A DNA stretch of 64,000 nt, from contig NW_003314301.1 in the NCBI RefSeq assembly GCF_000143415.4, positions 530,336 through 594,335 of the forward strand, given 5' to 3'. The position numbers and the translations under genes are program-made. Positions 50,531 through 62,952 of the stretch are shown here, one piece after another. Under the pieces are notes generated by a model. That model ran no database searches. It was not told where the DNA came from and saw only the letters and a list, made by a program, of their open reading frames with translations. This DNA comes from Selaginella moellendorffii. Lineage: Eukaryota; Plantae; Lycopodiophyta. Each line of letters opens with the position of its first letter. Position 1 is the first letter of the stretch.

Positions 50531-51316
50531 ATCATTGCCACATTGCAGACATAAAATGCCACATCAGCAAGAAATCTGGATCGTTAATTATATTGAAATT
50601 TAAACCATTTGTCGCTAGGATCTAGAGCCGTGGCTGTTGATTGCTACTTGCTCGTGGTTGCACTGCTGCATTGCTAGATGGAGCTGGATCTGTGTTGTTG
50701 GATGGAGTTGGATCGATGCTTGCTAGAGCTAGATTGCTGCACCGCTGCGTTGTTGGATGGAGCTGGATCGCTGTTTGCTCGGCTGTGGCTGCCTGGCTAG
50801 TGCAGGATCGCTGCTTGCTCGGCTCACGCTGCTCTTGTCTGGTCGATCCGCTGCTCGCTGAATGTGCTGCTCCTGGAGATCAGTGAGAACAAAAATAGCT
50901 TTAAAAAAAAGCAACCTCTTACTAAATCGAAAAGCTGTTGCACCAACAAGAACTCCCGCAGTATTGGAGAGTACTCCCTGTTACAAGCTCAGTATCAGTT
51001 CCGGCGAGAAGTAGGACATGCCAGACTAGTTAATTACCGCATAGCAAGGGCCAATATTTTGATGGTTGGAATCCAAAACGTGCGAAAGACCAGATATCAA
51101 ACCAAACTTCCACTTAAAGGTAGATATGGAGAGGATATTACCTGGGAAACCATCATACACAGAGAAGGTGAACGGACATGGCTAAGCTGCGTAAGCCCGG
51201 CCAAGAAAACCAATGGATTGCATCAGTAAAACAATGCTGCAAATGCTTGACCAACAACGAAGGGCTAAAATTGAGCACATATATACATACCTTCCTCCTG
51301 CTCCTGGGGCCATGGA

Positions 51317-52975
51317 AATTCAGTTCAACCTGGAAGAAGTGTCAAGAACGAGAGAGTAAAACATGAGAAAGGATGAAAGAAAGTTTGTGCTGGTTTCTGC
51401 GACAAGTCAAGAGGGCTTACGTCGGTTTGTTTAGCTTCGTCATAGTGTACTTCTTGACCAGCAATATGATCTCTGGAGTTGAAATCGTCTTACGTTATTC
51501 TCACGTAGGGTGTTATGATCGGGAAGCACCGAGTCCTCACTCCTGTGGATCCGACAAGTCAGACGCCAAAGAGAAAAATAAAACAGAGAGAGATCGAGAG
51601 AAAGATGGCCTGCAAAGCCAGAGAAGTTTCTAAGGGAAAACGAAAGGACTTAACTGGTTGGCCACGGGCTTGAGAGCAAACCACACTCCATTGTCTGCTG
51701 TGACAACCTGGAAGCGAGGAGGAAGAGTAGCTTTGTAAAGTTCTCCGAGAGCAGAAATGCACGAAACTAAGAAACCGAAGGACTACTGTGCAATCAAGCA
51801 ACTTCTAGGATCAAAACTTAGCATTGCATGAAAGTGATACAAGAAATTTCGTCCTCTTCGCTCGAGCTTGTTATTTCTCACTTAACTTTCATGTAATTAA
51901 ATAGAGCCGGGGCAATCTCTTCCTCTGAAAGTGTGATATCTTCCACAGGCGAGCTATATGCCTGAAAAACAAAACTGACAATGAGAAGTAATGCAAAGTA
52001 TGAGCGAACTCACGGTTTTCTGCCAGAATGTAAACCAGATCACTCCCAACGAACCAAACGTGAAGAAAACCGGGGGCCAGTTATACTCGTGAATCAAGGC
52101 ACAGTGACCACCATATCACTCCGAGGCTCTGGCAATTCGGTTCAAACTGGAGGAAGTGTCAAGAACGAGAGAGTGAAAAATGAGAAAGGATGGAAGAAAG
52201 TTTGCGCTGGTTTCTGCGACAAGTCAAGAGGAGCAAGGGGGCTTACGTCGGTTTCATTGCCGAGGTTTAGCTTCGTCGCAATGTACTTCGATACAGGAAG
52301 TTCCGTCTCTGCGTGTTTAGAGAAGTCAGTGGAGTTGATAAAAACACAAGTCGTTTAAGTTATTCTCACGTAGGGTGTTATGATCACGGGAAGTCCTCGC
52401 TCCTCTGGATCCGACAAGTCAGACGCCAAAGAGAAAAATAAAACAGAGAGAGATCGAGAGAAAGATGACCTGCGAAGCCAGAGAAGTTTCTAAGGGAAAA
52501 CGAAAGGACTTAACTGGTTGGCCTGTGACGTCCTGGAAGCGAGGAGGAAGAGTAGCCTTGTAAAGTTCTCCGCCATTGTTGGCGCTGGTTCCACCGCGAC
52601 GTCGAGGGACGCCTTTCGTCGGCCGGGAGAGCTTGGAGAAGCGTCCGGTGGTTGCCTGCCTTTTGATATCTCGGCCCGCTTAGGAGGATGGCTGGTTTTG
52701 CTGCCTGGACAATCCTCCGGCGTGGTCCATGTCTGCCAGCTCGACCAAGTATGCAAGCGGAGAGTGATAGCCTGCTGCCACGGACTTGCCTTTGTCTTCG
52801 CGAGTTGGTTTCTTCGCGTGGTTACCTGGAGGAAAATCAAAGAAAAACGAAAGATCAAGTCAGAGTTTGCAAGATCATTATAAATGTTATGCCAGGAGAC
52901 AAAGAGAAATGACCAACATTATGATCCAAACTTATCCATAGTGCAATCAAGCAATTTCTAGGATTAAAACTTAGC
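51317..52975. repeat. Local segmental duplication (51317-51825 versus 52134-52975, with indels)
   Basis: Shared blocks such as tggatccgacaagtcagacgccaaagag..taagggaaaacgaaaggacttaactggttggcc and gtgcaatcaagcaa..cttagca. Confidence 0.85.
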
Positions 52976-53031
52976 ACAGCATCTTCCTAAACAAAAAATA
53001 ATGAAAGAGCTGCTTTATAGAATGTATCATA

Positions 53032-53415
53032 CCTCTGGCGAAATACCGAGGTACAAGACCAGGTCTGCAGCAAGAAGTCGGGAGCCTGTCCAGGTGCTCT
53101 TCGTTAAACGCTAAAGCTTAGGCAGGGGTTTTCACCTTGCACCACTCAAGATCCAGTCCTTTCGCAGCAGAGAAAGCCACTCCTGAGTACGAAAATCGAT
53201 CTACTACCAACGTTGTCCCAGCCATCAATTTCTTTTCCATCTGCAGCCTGTGAGAAAACAAGATGAGCTGTTCCCAAGATATAGTCAAGAAATACTTTCA
53301 AGTCCCAGCGGTTTGCTGAAAACAAAATATGCACAGCACGATCATCAAGGTCAGCTCCCCTTCCCAAGAAAAGCAGACACCGCAACCTTGATGTTCTTGC
53401 AGGCCACAGCTTCAT
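53032..53415 (-). pseudogene. Thymidylate (dTMP) kinase remnant
   Basis: Exons read [48 protein letters not shown] and LLAADLVLYLGISPE. No P-loop exon found; frame defects present. Confidence 0.75.
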
Positions 53416-54067
53416 GTGATGCCAGTGTCAGATATTCTGGTTCGAAATCTCTTCGTCATTTATTTGTATCCGTATCTTGAATCGATGTTGCGAGCTCAAA
53501 CAAGCGACTTGCCTTCAAAAAACTGCACGACCCATTCGGTTCAAGCTGCAAAGAACAAAGAAAGATCCTCAGGCACAAGACCAACCAAAACAAAAAGCTT
53601 TCTTCCTTTTCATACTGCAAGAGGGTAAATATGCAATGCTGAATAAAAAAGTGAGGTATAATTTTATTAATTCGTTATTTAGAAAATATAAAGAATCCAA
53701 ATATAAAAACTAATTACATATATTTTCTTATTTGATATAATAAAAATAATAATTAAAATCAATTATAAAATATTTAAACATTAAAGATGGTTGTAATTAT
53801 AATAAAGGTAAGATATATTACCACATTTTACTTTACTTAAAAATATTAACATAACACAATACCACTAATTTAAAATAGTGTATTAGATTACAAATTTAAA
53901 GAAATACAATTAAAAAAATTTATAGTGTGAGTGGTCGGGATATAGGAATAGGTATCTTAATTGGGGTTAGGCCCCTACTTATATACAAAAATGGATGGAC
54001 TAGATTCAGTCCCAAATGGACGGTCTATATGCTATAATACTATAATTAATGTATTGCCTAGCTAGGG

Positions 54068-54263
<196 letters not shown>

Positions 54264-54679
54264 GTGTAACTTCAAGAGATTTTGCTAATAAATAATAAAT
54301 TATCACCAGACTCTGACGCTTCTATAAAACCACTTACAAAGTTGTTAATAATTATAATTGAAATAAAATCCAAAGCCATGGTATAAGCATTAATCGACTA
54401 TAGAACCTTGATGAACTAGTTGCAATTCCATATACAACTCCCAAATGCTCAAACTAACCACACAATTATAATTTTGAACTGGAGAGGTCAGACTCACTCC
54501 ATTCATCCTTCATATTCTCCTTATCCCCTCCTCGAAGAAAAAAAAGTTTTGAAGCACTTGCTCCATTCAGATTTGCTGTGTTTATCCTCACTTTGCCATC
54601 TATGTCTAGCCTCACTCCACTATTGCATTCGTTCGGCCTCACTATGTCCTGGCTGAATGTTTTATTCGGGCTCGCTATA

Positions 54680-54806
54680 CTCGTCCTCACTCCACAATTC
54701 ATGTAATTTGTTCTCACTCCACTACCGTATTTACTCGTCCTCACTCCACAATTCATGTCATTTGTCCTCACTCCACTACTGTATTTGCTCGTCCTCACTC
54801 CATCAT
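54680..54806. repeat. 27-bp-subunit tandem repeat (gtcctcactccac core)
   Basis: Five copies of the core, alternating in a 54-bp higher-order pattern. Confidence 0.8.
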
Positions 54807-56295
54807 TAGGGCCGGACTCCCGTCTGTCTCCTCTACCCCCTCCTCTTGAAGTGTCGGGGCAAAAAGGAGAAAATGAGAAAAATTTAGGAAAAACAATTGT
54901 GGAAAAAAAAAAAGTGGATAAAGAAGCATCAGAAAAAGAATTTACAACAACTGGCAATACAAAAATGGGGAAATCAGAAGAACATGTGCTTAAAGTTTGG
55001 AAAATAAAAGACTTTCTATCATAAAATACTTCGGCCACTACAATATAAACAAAAAATTCACATTGCTTAACTTCCTCAACACACAATTCAACACTTGAGA
55101 TGGGAAAATTAATAATAACATCCACACTTTCAAGGGAATATATAAATTCCTCAACAACAACAATAAAGCAAAGGCTCTTAATGACACTCACAAGTGGGGA
55201 CATGCATTCAACTTGAAACTCTACTCAAAATGGTTTAAGCCCTTGGAATAGGGGAATACTCAACACTAAAACTGATCAAAGACTTTACCAATGAAACAAA
55301 AGCAAGATTTTCAACTTTATGGACACACTCAACATCCAGATTAGTATGAGAAGGATAGAAAACACTCAACTCAACACTGGACTGAGAATGAGAATCATGA
55401 GAGTCACAAATGATTGACGTGCAAGAAGAAGAAAACACTATAGATGAGGAAGAAATACTAGAAACATGAGAAGGTGGCTCAGGCCGAGAAATAAAAAAAC
55501 GGTTGGGAAAGAGCAAAAGGGAAAAAAGAAAGGATTAAATGGTAGATTGAAATATTGATACCTACCCCACAAAATCTCCACTTCATTTCCAAAGCTATCT
55601 CCATAATAATCAAGCTCATCATCACACTCTGGAACCCAATTGAGCTTGTATACATCTTCCCATAAACTTGATCTTCAAACATTCTCCAAAAATTGGATTG
55701 TATCATCTATAGCGTGCCAATCAATATCATGATCACATTCCATATCAATAAGAAATGGTAGAACACCAAGAATAGGACAACCTGTGTAATCACGTCTCAC
55801 AAAAGTTGGAGACAGCAACACACCAAAGATGGGCACAACACCAATATGATCACATGCAACAACACCAAAAGTTCGATCCAACAGAGTAGTATTAGCAGCC
55901 TCAAGTGAGATACTTTTTGATCAATGACAGCGTGGCATGGTAGAAGAAAAGAAAATGAAGATCAGAAAAAAGAGTAGATCTAAGCACAACGATAGCTAGA
56001 ATTTTAAATCTTGCGAAAAATTAATACAAATCTAGATCTAAAAGAGAATGAAGAAATAAGAATAAAAAAGCACGATCCCGACACTAGAGCAAAGCATTGT
56101 CAAAAAGCTTTACCCTTAAAGGAATATTGCAATGCCCCTCATCTCCACCAATATGAGTGCTCAGGATATAGGAATAGGTATCTTAATTGGGGTTTAGGCC
56201 CCTCTTATATATAAGAATGGATGGACCAAATTCAGTCCCAAATGGATAGTTTATATGCTATAGTATTATAATTAATGTATTACCTAACTAGGGTA

Positions 56296-56297
<2 letters not shown>

Positions 56298-56372
<75 letters not shown>
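56298..56372. repeat. Compound (CA)n(TA)n microsatellite
   Basis: Seen directly in the sequence. Confidence 1.
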
Positions 56373-56375
<3 letters not shown>

Positions 56376-56926
56376 TTATAATAACATTCATCTTTATATA
56401 CATTATTATTTCAAATTTTTGTTATATGGCATATATAATTATATATATTATTTGCCTTGTGAAAGCATGTTAGTTAAAAGTTCTTTGCATGCTTGTTTAC
56501 TATTAAAATAAGCTTGCCATACTTGTGCTTATCTCAAATTATACTTGAGTGGAAGATCTATTGAATAACAATAATTAAAATTTCAAACTTAAAAGTATTT
56601 TATAAAAAATAAATAAATAAACATTTTAAAATATTCTATTATAATATTTATAAAAAGAAAAAAACTAACTTTTAACACTACACTAAATTTATAAATTATA
56701 AAATGTTTATAATTATTATCTCCTAACAAAATAATCTTTATTATTTTAATTTGATTATAAGTTGTGAATTTATAGTTATTCTTTACTTTTATATTTTCCT
56801 TTTATTTTGTAAATGGCAAAATTTAATGTAAAATAAAGTTTTCTTATTTACAAAGATTAAACACAATTAATTTTAAATCATGTTAAAAACTGTAGCCTAA
56901 CAAATAAAACTTTAGGTTTAGTGGTG

Positions 56927-57451
56927 ATGGACGAGGCTTCTGCGAGTGTGGGAATCAGTCCGGTAGGGAATGTGGGCTTGGATCCAGCTTACCTTTGTCT
57001 TGTCCTCTCACAGGATCTAATTCACGAGATTTTCAAGAGCGTTTGGGAGAAGGCCAGCCAGGGTTTGCTCTTCCTCTCTCTCTCTCTCTTGTCTGAGCTC
57101 CACAACAGATGTTGCCAAGGCGGATGAATCCAACGCAGGCGCAACCTCGAAAAGAACCAAGTCTACCACTGGTGAGCAAAGCAGAGCTTTCTAAACATCA
57201 TAGAGAAATGCGGCCAGTTTCGTTTCCGTTTTGCAGCAAATGCGAATGCTCTCAAGCTCTCCTGTGAGCTGCTCAAGCTCTTCGTCACAGGTCGGGTTTA
57301 CTCTATTTCGTTTCAAAGAGCCAAAACTTCTGGGCTGATTGATGCAGAGGCAGTCGGACGAGCGGGGATCATCGCGGAGGCCGAGGGAAAGGATCGCATC
57401 GAAGCAACACATTTCGAAAGAATGCTACCGCAGTTTTTGCTGGACTTCTAG
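56927..57451 (+). CDS. MHF2: CENP-X / MHF2 histone-fold protein
   Basis: Not in the ORF track. Spliced exons give DLIHEIFKSVW..ANANALKLSCELLKLFVTEAVGRAGIIAEAEGKDRIEATHFERMLPQFLLDF*. Confidence 0.9.
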
Positions 57452-57495
57452 CTAGAGGCGAAGATGGTGCTCGCGGGAAGAACTCTAGCAGCGGT

Positions 57496-59793
57496 ATGAG
57501 AAGGCTGGCCAGAGGACTCGCTACAGACTGTGCAAGCAACCAGCTAAACTTGAGAGAGTACCTCGATTCGAAGCTATGCTCCTCCGACGTCTTCACTCTG
57601 GCTCGTCTCATCCGCGAATGTGGTTCTCTGGGAAACCTGCTAGATGCACAAAAGATTCACAGTCACGTCGTAGAGTCTGGCTTTCAGGAAAACTTTTACC
57701 TGCGTGAACGTCTCGTCCACATGTACCTCAAGTGTGGCAGCGTAGAGAACGCCGAGGACGTCTTCTTGGACAGGAACAGGATGGCTCACTTCCGAGACGT
57801 CACGACGTGGACGGCAATGTTGTCCGCGTACTCTCGTCAATCCAGCAGCAGCACCAAGGTGCTCGAGTTCTACTGCCAGATGCTCCAGCACGGTGTCAAG
57901 CCCGACAGTTTCACTTTCACAGCCGTGTTGAAAGCCTGCGTTTCTGTGAAGAGAGCGTTGAGTGGCGGCAAGGCGATCCACTTCCAGATCTTAGAGAGCG
58001 GGCTAGAGGACGACGAGATCATCGGAACTTCGGTCGTGAGCATGTATGGGAAGTGCAGCAGCCTGGCTGATGCTCGAGCCTGGTTTGATGGAGTTTGTGT
58101 CCGACGTCCGCATGGAGTGGTGTTGTGGAACGCCATGATCTCGGCTTACGTCCAGAACGGCTGCTGTGGACAGTCCTTGGAGCTCTTCACGCTGATGCTC
58201 TTGGAAGGCGTCGCCCCAAACAGTGTCACGTATGTCACAGTTCTCAATGCTTGCAGCTCTACGTTGACGCTGGGTATTGGCAAGGCGGTTCACATCTGTG
58301 TTTGCGATCTCGGCCTCGAGTCGGACGTCATCCTTGGAACCGCGCTGCTCAACATGTATGGCAAGAGCGGGAAGCTGGACGAAGCCCGGAAGATCTTTGA
58401 AAGGATCGAAGCTCCGGACTTGGTGTCGTGGAACTCGATGATATCGGCTCTTGTCCGGGACAGCCAAGGAGACGGTGCTCGGACGTTGTTCAAGCAGCTA
58501 CTTCTGGAAGGCCTCAGTCCAAATGAGATCACTCTCATCTCTACTATCAATGCCTGTGCTTGTCCGGAAGATTTGACAGAAGGAAAGCTGATCCACGCTT
58601 GCAGCTGTGAAAGTGGCCGGGCGTCGGTACTCTTCGTGAGGAATGCTCTCGTAGACATGTATGGAAAATGCGGCTGTCTAGAGAAAGCTCGCGAGCTGTT
58701 TGAATCTGAAACAGTGGAGAGGAACTTAGTCAGTTGGAGCGTCATGGTGGCGGCTTACGCAGAAAACGGTCACGGTCACGAGGCCCTGCAGCTCTTCAGG
58801 ATGATGATTCTGGAGGGTGAAAGCCTCGACTCGGTCGTCTTTGTCAACGTCCTCAATGCTTGTTCTTCGGCAGGAAACGCTGCTGCGGGAGAAGCTCTTC
58901 ATGGGAACTTAGTTGAGGCTGGATTCGAGTCGGACGTAGTAGCGGCAACGGCACTCGCAAACATGTATATCAAGTGTGGACGTTTGGAAGACGGGCGACG
59001 TGTTTTCGACAGAATGGAGGCCCGGAACGTTGTTAGCTGGAACACCATGATCTCGGGCTATGCTCAGAACGGTCGTCCCAAAGAAGCCTTGGAACTCTTT
59101 CACCAAATGGATCCCGGAGTTGCTGACAAACGGACGTATGTAGCAGCACTGGATGCTTGCGCCTGCTCAGTGGCTGCAACCGAAGGGAAACTTATACACC
59201 AGCAAATACTTCAGCAGAAGATGAGCGTCGACGTAATCCTGGGAACGGCCATTGTCAACATGTATGGAAAATGTGGTTGCTTGAGCGAAGCCCGGGAGTT
59301 TTTTGACAGTATACCTCTTCCCGACGTCGTCACTTGCAATGCCATGATAGCTGGTTATGCTCAACACGGCCACCTCAGAAAAGCTCTTGGTCTGTTCGCC
59401 AAAATGAAGCAGGAGGGAGTGAGACCCGACGGTGCCACCTTTGTTAGTGTTCTGTGTGCTTGTAGCCATGCTGGTAACTTGAAAAAAGGATCCGAGTTCT
59501 TCATATCAATGCTGGTCGATTACGAGTTTAAGATTTCTGCTGAGCACTGTGGTTGCATGCTGGATCTGCTGAGCCGGTCAGGAATGCTGCGTGAAGCAGA
59601 GGAGCTCCTAAAAAAGTATCCGACTTCAGCCAGAGACACCGAGTGGATAACGTTGCTGGCCGCGTCTAAGACTCAGAGTGATGCAACCGTGGCTCAAAAC
59701 GCAGCAGAGGGCCTTATGAACTGCCGCCCCGAGAGCTCTTTCCCATACGTCGTGCTTTCCACTGCTTTGAGCACTGATGAGGAGGCTGCCTGA
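57496..59793 (+). CDS. PLS-class pentatricopeptide repeat protein, E subgroup (no DYW domain)
   Basis: Intronless 765 aa with repeated MYGKCG/VSWNxMI motifs. Ends LCACSHAG..HCGCMLDLLSRSG..W..LL..PYVVLS, with no HxE/CxxC deaminase. Confidence 0.92.
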   Translation: MRRLARGLATDCASNQLNLREYLDSKLCSSDVFTLARLIRECGSLGNLLDAQKIHSHVVESGFQENFYLRERLVHMYLKCGSVENAEDVFLDRNRMAHFRDVTTWTAMLSAYSRQSSSSTKVLEFYCQMLQHGVKPDSFTFTAVLKACVSVKRALSGGKAIHFQILESGLEDDEIIGTSVVSMYGKCSSLADARAWFDGVCVRRPHGVVLWNAMISAYVQNGCCGQSLELFTLMLLEGVAPNSVTYVTVLNACSSTLTLGIGKAVHICVCDLGLESDVILGTALLNMYGKSGKLDEARKIFERIEAPDLVSWNSMISALVRDSQGDGARTLFKQLLLEGLSPNEITLISTINACACPEDLTEGKLIHACSCESGRASVLFVRNALVDMYGKCGCLEKARELFESETVERNLVSWSVMVAAYAENGHGHEALQLFRMMILEGESLDSVVFVNVLNACSSAGNAAAGEALHGNLVEAGFESDVVAATALANMYIKCGRLEDGRRVFDRMEARNVVSWNTMISGYAQNGRPKEALELFHQMDPGVADKRTYVAALDACACSVAATEGKLIHQQILQQKMSVDVILGTAIVNMYGKCGCLSEAREFFDSIPLPDVVTCNAMIAGYAQHGHLRKALGLFAKMKQEGVRPDGATFVSVLCACSHAGNLKKGSEFFISMLVDYEFKISAEHCGCMLDLLSRSGMLREAEELLKKYPTSARDTEWITLLAASKTQSDATVAQNAAEGLMNCRPESSFPYVVLSTALSTDEEAA

Positions 59794-59989
59794 GAATTAG
59801 AGCTATAGCGTGTAAAATTCAACAGACCTGAATCGAGTTTCAACCAAAAATTGCCTGCAGAAAAAAAAAGTTTGTGATGAAGCAATGTGAAATAGTAAGC
59901 CTACCTGTCCACAGCCGAGAAAGATGGTACCCATTGAGGCGCATGCTGAAAGTTTTCACACACACGTTTCTCTCATCAGCTCGTGAACT

Positions 59990-61166
59990 TGGTCAAAAGA
60001 TAGCAGAGACATAAAACACGCAATGCCTTCGCTCTCATGGTAGTTTCCTCTTCCGCAGGCAGGTAATGCATGGCAGCCTCGAACAATGGCTGTAGGAAGA
60101 AATCCGAGGCACTAGTACAAAAACACACCAGAAGTCAGCTCTCATATAACGGTGAAATAAAAGAAACCCAGAGAAGCGCCAGACTTTTCTTGTGGATGAA
60201 AACCTCGAAAGCAAAACGAAGAACGCTTTCTTCGCGCTGCTGCGTCGTCTCTTCGATCAAGAACGTCAAAGCGGACAAGCACACCTCCACTGCAGCCTTG
60301 TCATAAGATATGAGAGCTACAAGCTCCTCCTCGGCCTCTTTGTAGCAACTGAGCCCAATCAATGCCTACGATGATCCAAGGAGCCTTTGAGAACCGAAAC
60401 GCACTTCAGAACTCCCTCGAAGTTCCCATTCTGGAGCGGCCCAGCGGCAATGTACCTGAGAATTCTGAGCTCCAGGCTTGTCACAGTTTGCTCCTCGCCC
60501 TTGCTCTTGCACGATCCCTTGAGCGCCTCGGAGCAAATCTCATACGCTTACTCCATGTACTTGACGGACTCAGCCTTTGATTCCGAGCCCTGGAGCGCCA
60601 GGAGTGATTTCCCGTAGAGAAGATATATGTCCACCAGCTCTTGATACCTCTCCAGGGAGTCTTGGAGAAAACCACGGGCCCTCCCTAGGACGCTGGAAGC
60701 AAGCGCCTGTTCTTTCTTGACCGCCCAAGGCACAGATCAAACATGACCTGCTGCTCTTCCCTGGTGCCGATCGATGAGAGACGATCTCGGTGGCTCGCTC
60801 GAAGCAGCCGGCCACCGATTTGTAGTTCCGGATCTTGTGAGAGGTCGTGCCCGATGGAAGGAAGAATGTAACCATCTTGAGAGTGCTCGACCTGATGGAT
60901 CCAACGGCACCGGCCAAGAAGAGCATCTCAACGAAGCCGCACGTGGTATTCCCCCGAGGAATCCACCGCTGCGCGGCCTGGCGGCTGGTAGCTTAGCTTC
61001 CAGATTTGCAGCCACTGCCCTTCGCAGAGCTCGGATTTGAGACCGAGCACCCATTCTTGGAGCTCTTCGACAGTATCGACACCGATTCCTGGATAAGAAG
61101 CCTGATAGGCGCTCGATCCTCCGCAGCGGATTCACAGCATCGACTACGTACCTCCGAGATGAGCAT
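59990..61166 (-). pseudogene. ZIP4: ZIP4/SPO22 (TEX11) 5' portion with stops and frameshifts
   Basis: MLFLAG..GCFERATEIVS..YLLYGKSLL..LRILRYIAAGPLQNGNFEGVLKCVSVL..EAEEEL follows plant ZIP4 in order. In-frame stop at 60548 and several frameshifts. The 3' limit is approximate. Confidence 0.8.
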
Positions 61167-62952
61167 CGTGAGAACAAGCGATCGCCGCGCCTGCGAAGCC
61201 CTAGAATAATTTCCCGCCCAAATTTTCTGAAAATTAGGGTTAAAGATCCCTACAAGTTGGACATTGATTTAATCTTCTTTTTAGACTTTTGTGTGTCATG
61301 TAGCCAACGCGTAGCACAGTTTGAGCAAGATTTTCCGCTTGAGTCTTCTTCGAAGGGACATTGTGTGTCATGTAGCGTCCTCCAGTTTTAGAAGATTTTT
61401 CTGCGAAAGGTACGCTCGCTAGCTTAATTCTTGCTTGAGTCTTCGTTTTTAATGCTTCACTTAGAAAATTCCATCTTGCAAGAAGTTTAAGACTTGACCG
61501 TCTTCAATCACATGAACGCGCAAACGTGTTGCATGATTTCATACATGTATGGACTAGCGATTTCCGTAGAGGAGGTTATATGCTTGTGTTGCAATTCCTG
61601 TGCCATACGGTTTCTATTCCAGAGAACGTAGAGGACGTTATATGCTTGTGTTAAGCAAAATACAGAGCTTGTATCCATGGCCAGCCTCGATCCCACGGGT
61701 GTGCTGAGAGCGCTTGTTTCTGAAGCTGTCAAAGAAGTGATTGGGCTTGCCAAGTCTGCAATTCATTGCAAGGAGAAGTGCAGCGAGTTGGAAGATTCAT
61801 TGACCGAAGCATCCGGTCTGCTAGGTGAAATGAACAAATATTCTGCTGCTGAGGGCTCTCTGAGCTCCTCACAACTGGATATCTTGCTGAAAGCCCTCAA
61901 AGCCAAGGTTGAAGAGGCTAAACCTCTTGTTCTTGAATGCCAGTCTCTACAAAATCCCGTTCTAGACGGCCTAAAGAGGTTGGTTGTGCTTCTCTTGGGA
62001 TATTTCTGAATTGAGTTTGTGATTTTGTTTCAGGATAACGCTTGCTATCAAGATTGACCACTGCTCCAAGGTAATCCATGAGCACTTGGCTGCTGCTCCT
62101 CGAAATCTTGTTGTTGAGCTTTTGATGAAGAAGCAAAAAGAGGTGCCCTCTAATGTGGTTCCAAAGGAAGAACAGCATGTTGTTCCTTTGGATGACCACA
62201 TTTTCGGCATGGAAGAGACGCTGGAGCGGGTTGTATCAGACTTGCTGGGGTCCCCTGTAAGCAGCAAGTGGGTTGGAGTCCATGGAGCAGGAGGTGCTGG
62301 AAAAATACTCCTGGCCAAACGAGTATGTGACAACGATCAAGTAAAGGGGCTTTTTGATCCAGTTTTGTGGCTAACATTTGGTCAGTCGTTTCAGGTACGT
62401 TCCTTAAGCTTATAATGCAACATATTGAGCAGCTATGGTTGTATCTCCTCAGGTGGAAGCAAAGAAACACGAACTTGCCAAGAAAATCCGACTAGAAGGT
62501 GATCAGATCAGCTATGAAACACTGAAGAGGGGGCTTGATGGGAAGAGATGCTTGTTGGTGTTGGATGATGTATGGAAGTCCATCCATTTGGATTTATTTG
62601 ATGTGGTGCAAGAGAATGGAAGCAAGATCTTCATTACCACTCGACAACGTGATGTGCTTGACAGTATTGAGTAGAGGTGCAATCAAAACCGAGATGGGGC
62701 TTTTGGGAAAGGAAGACAGCATGAAGCTGTTCGCAGTCCACGCATTCCCAAACCAAAAACATGCTCAAGTCAGCAAGGTAGTAGTGGAGCAAGTTGTGGA
62801 AAAGTGTGGGGGGCTTCCACTGGTCTTGAAGGTAATTGGCAGAAGAATGGCAGGCACACAAGATTGGGACTATGTTCTGAGCAAACTCAAGGATCAACGA
62901 CTTATTGCTCTTGATGAGGAACAACAGGTACTGCAGCGACTCAAGCTGGGTT

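Noticed and set aside
50630-50890. Low-complexity gct/gga-rich stretch
   Set aside because: No consistent repeat unit or credible product.
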